From: Vicinamibacteria bacterium
Lineage (GTDB): Bacteria; Acidobacteriota; Vicinamibacteria; Marinacidobacterales; Marinacidobacteraceae
Direction of reading: 5' to 3'
DNA length: 64,000 nt
Assembly (NCBI GenBank): GCA_963555995.3
Contig: OY821641.1
Span: 2,304,001-2,368,000, forward strand
Within the stretch, counting starts at the first letter, position 1; each line of letters starts with the position of its first letter. The position numbers and the translations under genes are program-made. The notes under the pieces are model-generated. The model did no database searches, was not told where the DNA came from, and worked only from the letters and a program-made list of their open reading frames with translations. This document shows positions 11,954 to 20,769 of this stretch, one piece after another.

Positions 11954-14900
11954 ACCAAGCCCCCCCGAAACCGCAGTCCGTCATCGTCCTCGGGTCGGGA
12001 GCGCTCCAGATCGGCCAGGCGGGCGAGTTCGACTACTCGGGATCCCAGGCCATCAAGGCGTTCAGCGAGGAGGGCGTGCGCACCGTCCTCGTGAACCCGA
12101 ACATCGCGACCATCCAGACCAGCGAGGGGATGGCGGACCGCCTCTACCTGAACGCGGTGACGCCCCGCCTCGTCCGGCAGGTCGCCGAGGAGGAGGGCGT
12201 GGACGGCGTGGCCCTCTCCTTCGGCGGACAGACGGCGCTCAACTGCGGCCTCGAACTCGAGGAGTGGTTCCGGGAGGCCGGGATCCAGGTGCTCGGCACC
12301 CCGGTGAAGAGCATCCGGGACACCGAGGACCGCGGACGCTTCAACGCCCGGCTCGCGGAGATCGGGGTGCTGACCGCGCGGAGCATCGTCTGCCACCGGC
12401 GCGACGAGGCGCGGGAGGCCGCGCGGACGATCGGGCTCCCGCTGATGCTGCGCATCGGCTTCGCGCTCGGTGGCAAGGGGAGCGCCATCGTCGAGACGGA
12501 GGCCGAACTCGAGGCCGCGCTCACCAACATCTTCGGCGCCCACGACACCAAGCAGGCGCAGGTGCTCGTCGAGGAATCGCTCCGCGGCTGGAAGGAAATC
12601 GAGTACGAGGTGGTGCGCGACCGCGAGAACAACTGCATCACCGTCTGCAACATGGAGAACATGGATCCGATGGGGATCCACACCGGCGAGTCCCTGGTGG
12701 TGGCGCCGTCGCAGACGCTGAACGACGAGGAGTACCAGCTCCTCCGCACCGTCTCGATCCGGACGATCCAGCACCTCGGCATCGTGGGCGAGTGCAACGT
12801 GCAGTTCGCGCTGAGCCCGGCGGGCGCCGACTACCGGGTCATCGAGGTGAACGCCCGGCTCTCGCGCTCGTCGGCGCTCGCCAGCAAGGCGACCGGATAC
12901 CCGCTGGCCTACGTGGCCGCGAAGCTGGGGCTCGGGTTCACCCTCCCCGAGTTGAAGAACGCGATCACCGGGGTGACCAAGGCGTTCTTCGAACCGGCGC
13001 TCGACTACCTGGTTCTGAAGGCGCCGCGCTGGGACCTCGGCAAGTTCCAGGAGGCCGGCACCCGCATCGGCAGCGAGATGAAGAGCGTCGGGGAGGTGAT
13101 GGCCATCGGCCGCACCTTCCCGGAGGTGCTCCAGAAGGCGCTCCGCATGCTCGACATCGGCGTGCGGGGTCTCGACTCGCGCGCCTTCGCGTTCGAGGAT
13201 CGGGACGACGAGCTGAAGAACGCGACGCCGCGGCGCGTCTTCGCGCTCGCCCAGGCGCTTCGGGAGGCGGTGGAAGCCGGCCGGGTATCCGAGGCGATTG
13301 CCGAGATCCACGACCTCACCCGGATTGATCCGTGGTTCCTCCACGGGATCGCCGAGGCGATGCGGACCGAGGCGGAGGTGGAGCGCGGCGGCTGGCCGAT
13401 CCCGGAGGCGACGCTTGCAAGGGCGAAGGAGCAGGGTTTTTCGGACGAGTCGCTCGAGTTCCTGACCGGGCGGGCGCGGGGCGAGGCGCGCGCCGCGCGC
13501 CGGAAAGCCGGCGTCGGTCCCCACATCGCCCGGATAGACACCCTGGCCGCCGAGTTCCCGGCCGAGACGAACTACCTCTATTCCACCTACCACGCGAGCG
13601 GCGACGAGGGCGTGGGACTCCCCGCCGGCGACCGGCGGCGGATCCTGGTGATCGGCTCCGGGGTGTACCGGATCGGTTCCTCGGTCGAGTTCGACTGGTG
13701 CTGCGTGAACGCCGTCCAGGCGGCGGCGGAGCTCGGGTTCGAGACCCTGATGCTCAACTACAACCCGGAGACGGTGAGCACGGACTACGACATCTGCGAC
13801 AAGCTGGTCTTCGACGAGGTCAGCGTGGAATCGGTGCTGGACCTCGTGGAGAAGGAGCGCCCGGACGGGGTGGTGGTGAGCATGGGCGGCCAGATCCCGA
13901 ACCGGCTGGCGATGCGCCTCCACCACGCCGGAGTCCCGATCCTCGGCACCTCCGCCGAGGACATTGACCGGGCCGAGGACCGCAACAAGTTCAGCGCCCT
14001 CCTCGACCGGATCGGCGTGGACCAGCCGCGCTGGGCCCACGTGACCGACGCCGCCGACGCGGAGCGGATCGTGGACGAACTGGGGGGCTTCCCGGTGCTG
14101 GTGCGCCCGAGCTACGTGCTGAGCGGCGCCGCCATGTCCGTCGCCCACGAGCACCACGAGCTCGCCCGCATCCTGCGGAAGGCGAAGGCGATCTCCCCCG
14201 AGCACCCGGTCGTCATCTCCAAGTTCGAGGAGGACGCCCGCGAGATCGAGATTGACCTGGTCGCGAACGGGGGCGAGGTGGTGCTCTGGGCGGTCAGCGA
14301 ACACGTCGAGGACGCCGGCGTCCACAGCGGCGACGCGACCCTCGTGCTGCCGCCCGTGGACATGACCATCCCCACCCTGGGACAGGTGCGCCGCATCGCA
14401 CAACAGATCGCCGGGGAACTGCGGGTCACCGGCCCCTGCAACATCCAGTTGCTGCACCGCGACGGGATCGTGAAGGTGATCGAGTGCAACCTGCGGGCGT
14501 CGCGCAGCCTGCCGTTCGTCTCCAAGGTGACCGGACGGAACTACGCGAGGGCGGCCACCCGCATCATGCTCGGCGCCGACCCCGGCATGGAGCACCGCCC
14601 GATGTACGAGCTCGAGCACGTCGGGGTCAAGGTGCCGCAGTTCTCCTTCTCGCGGCTCATGGGCGCCGACCCGCTGCTGGGCGTGGAGATGGCCAGCACC
14701 GGCGAGGTGGGATGTCTCGGCGACTCCTTCCACGAGGCGCTCCTCCACGGCTTGGTGGCGACCGGGTTCCGCGGCCCGAAGAAGGGCGTCCTGCTGTCGC
14801 TCGGGCCGCCGCGCTGGAAGCACCGCTTCGTCCGCACCGCGCGGGCGATGGCCGAGGAGCTCGGCCTCAGGATCTACGCGACCTCGGGAACCTGCCGGGT

Positions 14901-15225
14901 GCTCCGCGACAACGGCATCGAGGCCACCGAGGTGGCGCGGGTCCGCTCCGAGCAGCTCCCGCTCGGCGCCGGGTTCGACCAGCCGGGGCCGCTCAGCGCG
15001 CTCGACCTGATTGACCGCGGGGAGGTGGACCTCGTGGTGAACGTGCCCGTCGCCTTCGACCCCGAGGGCCGCCCGGACGGCTACCTGGTGCGCCGCCGCG
15101 CGGTGGACCGGGGCGTGCCGCTGATCACCGATCCGTCACTCGCCCGGCACGTGGTCACCGCGCTCGTCACCCACGGGGAGGAGAGCCTCCGCGCCCGCGC
15201 CTGGAACGATTTCCTCGACCGGTAG
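11950..15225 (+). CDS. carB: Carbamoyl-phosphate synthase large subunit
   Basis: IGQAGEFDYSGSQA, GIHTGES, IEVNARLSRSSALASKATGYP, RIGSSVEFDW, GVHSGDA, MGS domain. GTGA overlap with carA. Confidence 0.97.
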   Translation: MNQAPPKPQSVIVLGSGALQIGQAGEFDYSGSQAIKAFSEEGVRTVLVNPNIATIQTSEGMADRLYLNAVTPRLVRQVAEEEGVDGVALSFGGQTALNCGLELEEWFREAGIQVLGTPVKSIRDTEDRGRFNARLAEIGVLTARSIVCHRRDEAREAARTIGLPLMLRIGFALGGKGSAIVETEAELEAALTNIFGAHDTKQAQVLVEESLRGWKEIEYEVVRDRENNCITVCNMENMDPMGIHTGESLVVAPSQTLNDEEYQLLRTVSIRTIQHLGIVGECNVQFALSPAGADYRVIEVNARLSRSSALASKATGYPLAYVAAKLGLGFTLPELKNAITGVTKAFFEPALDYLVLKAPRWDLGKFQEAGTRIGSEMKSVGEVMAIGRTFPEVLQKALRMLDIGVRGLDSRAFAFEDRDDELKNATPRRVFALAQALREAVEAGRVSEAIAEIHDLTRIDPWFLHGIAEAMRTEAEVERGGWPIPEATLARAKEQGFSDESLEFLTGRARGEARAARRKAGVGPHIARIDTLAAEFPAETNYLYSTYHASGDEGVGLPAGDRRRILVIGSGVYRIGSSVEFDWCCVNAVQAAAELGFETLMLNYNPETVSTDYDICDKLVFDEVSVESVLDLVEKERPDGVVVSMGGQIPNRLAMRLHHAGVPILGTSAEDIDRAEDRNKFSALLDRIGVDQPRWAHVTDAADAERIVDELGGFPVLVRPSYVLSGAAMSVAHEHHELARILRKAKAISPEHPVVISKFEEDAREIEIDLVANGGEVVLWAVSEHVEDAGVHSGDATLVLPPVDMTIPTLGQVRRIAQQIAGELRVTGPCNIQLLHRDGIVKVIECNLRASRSLPFVSKVTGRNYARAATRIMLGADPGMEHRPMYELEHVGVKVPQFSFSRLMGADPLLGVEMASTGEVGCLGDSFHEALLHGLVATGFRGPKKGVLLSLGPPRWKHRFVRTARAMAEELGLRIYATSGTCRVLRDNGIEATEVARVRSEQLPLGAGFDQPGPLSALDLIDRGEVDLVVNVPVAFDPEGRPDGYLVRRRAVDRGVPLITDPSLARHVVTALVTHGEESLRARAWNDFLDR

Positions 15226-15239
15226 GCGCACGACGGCCT

Positions 15240-15378
15240 GGAACGCCGGTCTCCAGACCGGCACGCGCGGCGCTCCGCGCCGCGCACGGCGCAACGCTAT
15301 TCGCCCCCACGGCGCGTACGGCCCGGAGCGCCAGCCTCCGGCTGGCATCGCCGACCGCCGGGAGGCGAAACCCGCGCC
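15240..15378 (+). repeat. REP family A copy followed by family B copy (GGAGCGCCAGCCTCCGGCTGGCATCGC)
   Basis: Family B also at 16340 (inverted), 39200 and 39372 (inverted). Confidence 0.85.
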
Positions 15379-15443
15379 TCCAACGGAGAAGAAGGACGGA
15401 GGCCGGACTCTGTACCGGCCCCGGCGAAGCGGAGCAGGACACT

Positions 15444-15779
15444 TTGAACGGCCAGATGGCAGCGACGGTCCGGGGACTCGACCGGAATCTCACCGACGGG
15501 TTTCGAGCGGAGATTCGATGGCCTGGAGCAGAGATTCGATGCCTTCGAGCAGAAGATCGAGAGCCGCTTCGACGCCATCGAGGCCAAGTTCGAGAGCCGG
15601 TTCGTCAGCCTGGAAGAGGCCATCCGGGAACTGACCGCGCTCACCAGCACGGCTCTGGAACGGAGCCTGTGGACACGGCGGCTGGTGCGCGGCGTCCTGG
15701 GGGCGTTCGCCCTGCTGCTCGCCGGCGGGCTGCTCCGGCCGGTGTTCGAGAGGCCGTCCAGGCCCTGTTGGGCGGCTGA
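15444..15779 (+). pseudogene. Small coiled-coil protein with C-terminal TM, interrupted by two compensating frameshifts
   Basis: Reads MAATVRGLDRNLTDG, then in the shifted frame FERRFDGLEQRFDAFEQKIESRFDAIEAKFESRF...VLGAFALLLAGGLL..FER, then back to AVQALLGG*. Confidence 0.6.
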
Positions 15780-15918
15780 ACCCGCCGCGCCAGGTTGCAT
15801 CCGGGCGAACCACCGTCCTTCCTCGTCGACCGAATCGCCTTTCCCTCTCACAACCTGGGGTGCGCAAAAGTGGGTGTCTCCCAACTGCGTACGAGTGGGT
15901 GTTTCCTGACAACCCGCC

Positions 15919-16264
15919 GACGCCGTTAGTGACGGTAGCTCCGACTCGGAGACGCCGTTAGTGACGGTAGCTCCGACTCGGAGACGCCGTTAGTGACGGT
16001 AGCTCCGGCTCGGAGACGCCGTTAGTGACGGTAGCTCCGGCCCCGAGACGCCGTTAGTGACGGTAGCTCCGGCCCCGAGACGCCGTTAGTGACGGTAGCT
16101 CCGGCCCCGAGACGCCGTTAGTGACGGTAGCTCCGGCCCCGAGACGCCGTTAGTGACGGTAGCTCCGGCCCCGAGACGCCGTTAGTGACGGTAGCTCCGG
16201 CCCCGAGACGCCGTTAGTGACGGTAGCTCCGGCCCCGAGACGCCGTTAGTGACGGTAGCTCCGG
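15919..16264. repeat. 32-bp tandem repeat, about 10.8 copies (GACGCCGTTAGTGACGGTAGCTCCGGCCCCGA)
   Basis: Exact 32-bp period; only units 1-3 differ. Confidence 0.97.
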
Positions 16265-16317
16265 TACCCGGCCTTGACGAGGGCGCTGCCCTGTTTCTGG
16301 CATGGCGCGGCGTCACC

Positions 16318-16366
16318 GGCGCGGGTTTCGCGCTCCCGCGCGATGCTGGCCGGAGGCCGGCGCTCC
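16318..16366 (-). repeat. REP family B copy, inverted relative to 15325
   Basis: Reverse complement GGAGCGCCGGCCTCCGGCCAGCATCGC...GCGAAACCCGCGCC. Confidence 0.85.
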
Positions 16367-16402
16367 GCCGGCGTTGCCATCCCCCGTGTCGCGTTTCCCC
16401 GA

Positions 16403-17707
16403 TCATGGGACCCGGGCGCGGAGCGCCGTCTCCAGCCGCTCCAGCGCCTCCTCCAGGAGCGGGCGCGGGCACGCCAGGTTCATCCGGGCGAACCCCCGGC
16501 CTTCCTCGCCGAAGATCGCGCCGTTCTCGAGGCGGAGCCTGGCCTTGTCGAGCAGGAAGTCTTCGAGTGCGCCCGGCTCGATACCGGTCCGCCGGAAGTC
16601 GAGCCACGCGAGATATGTCCCCTCGACCGGGACGGTCCCGATCTTCAACTCGGGACGCTCGCTGAAGAAGTTCATGAGCGTCCGGGCGTTCTCGCTCAGG
16701 TAGGAGAGCACCCGGTCGAGCCAGGGGCCGCCGCCGCGCCAGGCGGCTTCGGCCGCCGCAGCGCTCAGCGGGTTCACGCCGTAGATGCCGGTCCGGTCGC
16801 GGGCGTGCCGAAAGGCATTGCGCATCTCCTCGTCGGGAATGACCAGACACGACGACTTGAGGCCCGCGAGGTTGAACGTCTTGCTCGGCGCCGAGGCGAC
16901 GACGGACCTGAGCGAGTCCGGGTGATCGAGGCTGAGCCAGGGGGTGAACCGGCGCCCGTCGAGCATCAGGTCGCCGTGGATCTCGTCGGCCACCACGATG
17001 AGGCCGTGCCGGGCGGCGATCTCGGCGAACGCGGTCAGCTCCCCGGCGTTCCAGACGCGCCCCACCGGGTTCTGGGGGGTGCACAGGAACGTCATCCGGG
17101 TGTCCGGCTCGGCCGCCAGCTTCTCGAACCGCTCGAGGTCCAGGCGGTAGGGGTTCCGGTCGCCGGCGCCCGGCCCGTCCTCCCGGCGGAGCGGACAGAG
17201 GAGCATCCGGCCGCCGTTGTTGCGAACCGCCCCGAAGAACGGGAAATAGACCGGCGGATGGAGGATGACCTTCTGCCCCGGCTCGACCAGGGTGCGAACC
17301 AGCAGGCCGAGGTCGGGGACGATTCCCTCGGTCGGGACGACCCAGTCGGGGTCCGGGCGGAAGCCGTGGCGGGCCGCCGACCAGTCGCAGAACGCCTCGC
17401 GGTAGCTCGGGAGTCCGACGCTGTAGCCGAAGATCGGGTGCTCGGCGCGACGGCGGATCGCCTCGATCACCACATCCGGACAGGGGAAGTCCATGTCCGC
17501 GACCCACATGGGGATCACGTCGGGGTCTTCGGCGGGGACGAGGGTGGAACCGTGGCCGACCGCGCCCTCGCGGTATTCCCACTTCACCGATCCGGTTCCC
17601 GCGCGGGGGATGAGCCGGTCGAGGTCGGGTTGCGCGCTTTCGCCTCGCGGCGCTCGGCGGTGCCGGTCTGAAGACCGGCGCTCCCTGGCCAGCACGACCT
17701 GCCTCAT
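16403..17707 (-). CDS. MalY/PatB family PLP C-S lyase (cystathionine beta-lyase-like)
   Basis: RAGTGSVKW, PMWVADMDF, PPVYFPF, CTPQNPVGRVW, ADEIHGDL, APSKTFNLAG, EGTYLAWLD, RMNLACPR. ATG overlaps the upstream TGA. Confidence 0.92.
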   Translation of the reverse strand: MRQVVLARERRSSDRHRRAPRGESAQPDLDRLIPRAGTGSVKWEYREGAVGHGSTLVPAEDPDVIPMWVADMDFPCPDVVIEAIRRRAEHPIFGYSVGLPSYREAFCDWSAARHGFRPDPDWVVPTEGIVPDLGLLVRTLVEPGQKVILHPPVYFPFFGAVRNNGGRMLLCPLRREDGPGAGDRNPYRLDLERFEKLAAEPDTRMTFLCTPQNPVGRVWNAGELTAFAEIAARHGLIVVADEIHGDLMLDGRRFTPWLSLDHPDSLRSVVASAPSKTFNLAGLKSSCLVIPDEEMRNAFRHARDRTGIYGVNPLSAAAAEAAWRGGGPWLDRVLSYLSENARTLMNFFSERPELKIGTVPVEGTYLAWLDFRRTGIEPGALEDFLLDKARLRLENGAIFGEEGRGFARMNLACPRPLLEEALERLETALRARVP

Positions 17708-18846
17708 CTGTAGTAGAGCCAGAGGGGGCCCGGGAAGAGCCAGGACAGGCCGACGCGCAGGCGGTCGCGCCAGTTGTCCCAGTTGTGGCCGTCGGGCGCC
17801 TCGACGTAGCGGACCTCCATGCCGCTCTCCCGGAGCAGCGGCACGAGCGACCGGTTCTCGTAGATGAGCGGCTCGTAGATCCCGCAACTGACGAACACGC
17901 GGCTGCTCACCCGGCGCGGGTCCGCGCGGTAGGCGTTCACGAAGTCCACGACCGGGTCGAGCAGGGCGGTCCGGGTGCTCGGCCCGACGTCGGTGAAGGT
18001 GAACGAACCCGAGGAGAGCAGGAGCTTCCCGAAGAAGCCCGGATAGCGCCAGGCTGCGGTCAGGGCCGCCACCGCGCCGAGCCCGGCGCCCACCAGCCCC
18101 CGGTCGTCCGGGCGCAGCCGGATCGGGAACTCCGTCTGGAGATGCGACACCAGGTCTGAGGTCAGGAACTCCGCGTGGGCCGGATTGTCCGCGTACTCGC
18201 GGATGCGTTTCTCCGGCGTCACGAAAGCGGCGATCAGCGGCGGGATCTCCCGCCGGTGGATCAGGTTGTCGAGGACGGTCCGGCAGGCGGCGTGGCGGAG
18301 GTAGTCCTCGCCGTCGAGCACCACGAGCAGGGGATACCGGCGCCGGTTCCGGAAACCGGACGGCGTGTAGACCGACACCGGTCGGGTGCCGAGGGCGCGG
18401 CTCCGGACGCGGGTGACGGACAGTTCGCCCCGGCCGACCTGGGGATCCTCCTCGGTCCACTCCGGCTGCGTGTACCCCTCGCCGTGACAGATCGACCAGA
18501 CACCGAAGGGGTCGCGCACCGTCCTCTCGTTGAGCGGGTCCAGAATCCACTCCGCGTCCGTTCCCCGGACCCGCTGGAACCGGTACTCGACGCGCGACTC
18601 CGCCGGCAGGTCGAGGGTCAGGAACCACAGGTCCGAGCCGGGGACCCGTTCCATCTCCCGCGCCGCCGCGGTCCCGAAGAGCCAGTGCCCGAGCAGGACG
18701 GAGGTGGCCTTGCCCCGGTACACGAAGGTGGTGTGGGGCCCCTCCCGAATGGGGAAGTCGTGCGCCTCGATGAACGCGTCCACCGCTTCCGGGGTGGGGC
18801 CGGCAAGGAGCAGTTCCTGGATCGCCAGCTCGGAAGGAGCGCTCAT
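17704..18846 (-). CDS. Putative esterase (Fes-like alpha/beta hydrolase) with N-terminal CBM48-like domain
   Basis: LDPLN, VYTPSG, YPLLVVLDG, GAGLGA (Ser position is Gly), DGHNWDNWR. Confidence 0.8.
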   Translation of the reverse strand: MSAPSELAIQELLLAGPTPEAVDAFIEAHDFPIREGPHTTFVYRGKATSVLLGHWLFGTAAAREMERVPGSDLWFLTLDLPAESRVEYRFQRVRGTDAEWILDPLNERTVRDPFGVWSICHGEGYTQPEWTEEDPQVGRGELSVTRVRSRALGTRPVSVYTPSGFRNRRRYPLLVVLDGEDYLRHAACRTVLDNLIHRREIPPLIAAFVTPEKRIREYADNPAHAEFLTSDLVSHLQTEFPIRLRPDDRGLVGAGLGAVAALTAAWRYPGFFGKLLLSSGSFTFTDVGPSTRTALLDPVVDFVNAYRADPRRVSSRVFVSCGIYEPLIYENRSLVPLLRESGMEVRYVEAPDGHNWDNWRDRLRVGLSWLFPGPLWLYYR

Positions 18847-19844
18847 GCCGCGGCTCCCCCGCCGAAAGCCCCCGCCCCGGCCGGTTCCGGGACGAACGAG
18901 GCGACCGTTTCGACCTCGCCGTCCCTCGACAGCAGCCGGATGCCGTCCGGCGAACTCCAGGTCCGGCCGTCCCAGTGGACCATCTCCCCCGGGTCCAGCA
19001 GCACCGCCCGGTCCGGGTCCACCCGCCCGGACAGCTCGGCGAGACTCTGCCGGTCCCCGAGGTCGAGCCGGACCCGGGCGTCCGGGAAGAGGGCGATGCC
19101 GGGGAGCAGCGCGAGCCCGTCGCCGAGGATCTCCGGACGCGCCGAACCGCCCGGAAGCCGGTCGTGGAACAGGACGACGCGCGGGGTGAGCACCATCGCT
19201 CCCGCCGACCAGGCGAGGACCGGGAGCGGCGCCAGCGCGTCCGCGAGCCCGAGGAGCAGCAGCCGGTTCCGGATGACCGCCACGTGGCCGCCGGTCAGCA
19301 CCACCGCGGCGGCTCCCGCCAGCAGACCCTCGAGTTCCTCCCGCTCCGCGCGGACCGCCGGGCGCTCGCCGAGACCCACGGCCTCCCGGAACTCCTGCCA
19401 GAGTTCCGCGTGGCGCTCCACGTGGAACCGGTCCGCGGCGAGGATCGCCTGCCACGCCTGCTCGGCGTAGGGGTCCCGGTACCGCTCGGCGACGCTGAGC
19501 CGGACCACCTCGTGCGCGGTCTCCACCGCCCGCCGGAGCCGCGCGCCGTAGAGCCGCTCCTCGGCCAGCAGTCCTTCCTGGAGCGCGCGGTGCGCCTCGG
19601 CGAGCGGCGCGTCGCGCTCGAAGACGCGGCCGACCCGTTCGCCGATGTGGAGCGGCGCGGCCTCGCGGCCGCACGCTCCGAGCTCCTGCTCGACCTCCTT
19701 CAGGACCGGCTCCGTCTCCCGCCAGCCCACCGTGATGGCCGCCACCGGGCCGGGCGGCAGGTCGAGCGCCTCCAGACCGGGACCGAGGCCGATCCGGCCG
19801 GGCTGGGGCCCGAGGACGACGGCGCGGGGGGCCGGGCGGGGCAC
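18843..19844 (-). CDS. Peptidase S51 / class I glutamine amidotransferase-like protein
   Basis: LTGGHVAV, AWSAGAMV; coupled to the esterase gene. Confidence 0.7.
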   Translation of the reverse strand: MPRPAPRAVVLGPQPGRIGLGPGLEALDLPPGPVAAITVGWRETEPVLKEVEQELGACGREAAPLHIGERVGRVFERDAPLAEAHRALQEGLLAEERLYGARLRRAVETAHEVVRLSVAERYRDPYAEQAWQAILAADRFHVERHAELWQEFREAVGLGERPAVRAEREELEGLLAGAAAVVLTGGHVAVIRNRLLLLGLADALAPLPVLAWSAGAMVLTPRVVLFHDRLPGGSARPEILGDGLALLPGIALFPDARVRLDLGDRQSLAELSGRVDPDRAVLLDPGEMVHWDGRTWSSPDGIRLLSRDGEVETVASFVPEPAGAGAFGGGAAA

Positions 19845-19845
19845 G

Positions 19846-20745
19846 CTAGAACCGGATCACCAGGGCGGCGAGGACGATGAGGTCCAGGCGCCGCCGGGGC
19901 GCGACCACGGCGCCCACCGGAGGCTGTCCGGGACCGGGAAACAGGCTCAGCCGCTCCAGCGAGGGACGCGCGTCGAACAGGGTCTGCACGCTGGTGCGGA
20001 AGGCGAGCCGCCGCGACAGCGGCAACGCCGCCGAGCCGGTGACGTCCAGCCGGAGGTCGTCGGTGTTCCGCAGGTTCCAGGTCGAAGCGGTGACCAGCAC
20101 GAGGTCGGCGGCGCGGTAGCGGGCCTGGGCGCGGACGTCCAGCCGCAGGCCGAGCGACGCCGTCTCCAAGTCCGGGTCGGCGACCTGGTCGCTCTGGTGG
20201 ATCGCGGACAGCCCCAGGCTGGTTTCGAAGGGACGCCGCCCGCCGCGCCCGGTTCGTCCCCAGGCCGTGCCCACTCCGAGGGTCAGGTCGAGGCGGGAAC
20301 GGACCCCCGCCGGGGCGTCGCGTTCCCAGCCGGCGGCGGCGAAGAACCGCGGACTCGTGTCGTCGTCTTCCGGCGACGGTTCGGAAAAACGCGCCCGCAG
20401 GTGGGTGCGGTCGGCCGAGGTCTGGCTCACCACCGTCCGCCGCACCGAGAAGTCCTCCGGACTCCCGAACGCGTCCCGGGTCACGGTGTCGGTGCTCGTC
20501 CGCAGGAGGCCGCCCTCGAGCGTCACCCGCAGCCAGCCGGTCTGCCGCGCCGCCGCCGCGCTCACCCCGAGCGAACCCGAGCCCGCGTTCCCGTACGAAC
20601 CCGCGAGGTTCAGGTTCGCCTGGCCCGTCCAGCGGCTCCGGGCGGGGGCGTTCGCGGTCTGGGCGAGCGCCGGGGAAACGGCCCCCAGCAGCGGCAGCGC
20701 AAGGACGAGGCGCAGAATTCGGTGGCGCCCGGGGCGGGTACACAT
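19846..20745 (-). CDS. DUF481-like outer-membrane beta-barrel protein
   Basis: Signal peptide, WTGQANLNLAGSYGN, alternating beta strands, terminal LVIRF. Confidence 0.75.
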   Translation of the reverse strand: MCTRPGRHRILRLVLALPLLGAVSPALAQTANAPARSRWTGQANLNLAGSYGNAGSGSLGVSAAAARQTGWLRVTLEGGLLRTSTDTVTRDAFGSPEDFSVRRTVVSQTSADRTHLRARFSEPSPEDDDTSPRFFAAAGWERDAPAGVRSRLDLTLGVGTAWGRTGRGGRRPFETSLGLSAIHQSDQVADPDLETASLGLRLDVRAQARYRAADLVLVTASTWNLRNTDDLRLDVTGSAALPLSRRLAFRTSVQTLFDARPSLERLSLFPGPGQPPVGAVVAPRRRLDLIVLAALVIRF

Positions 20746-20769
20746 GAGCGCCGGGAGAATACCCACCGC

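Noticed and set aside
15919-16264. CRISPR or TIGR-type array
   Set aside because: Units abut with no unique spacers, the last seven full units are identical, and no cas or Nop-domain gene is in the window.
16403-19674. Long N-terminal extensions of the MalY-like (741 aa) and esterase (656 aa) ORFs
   Set aside because: They are off-frame read-through of upstream genes; ATGA-coupled starts at 17707 and 18846 fit the family N-termini.
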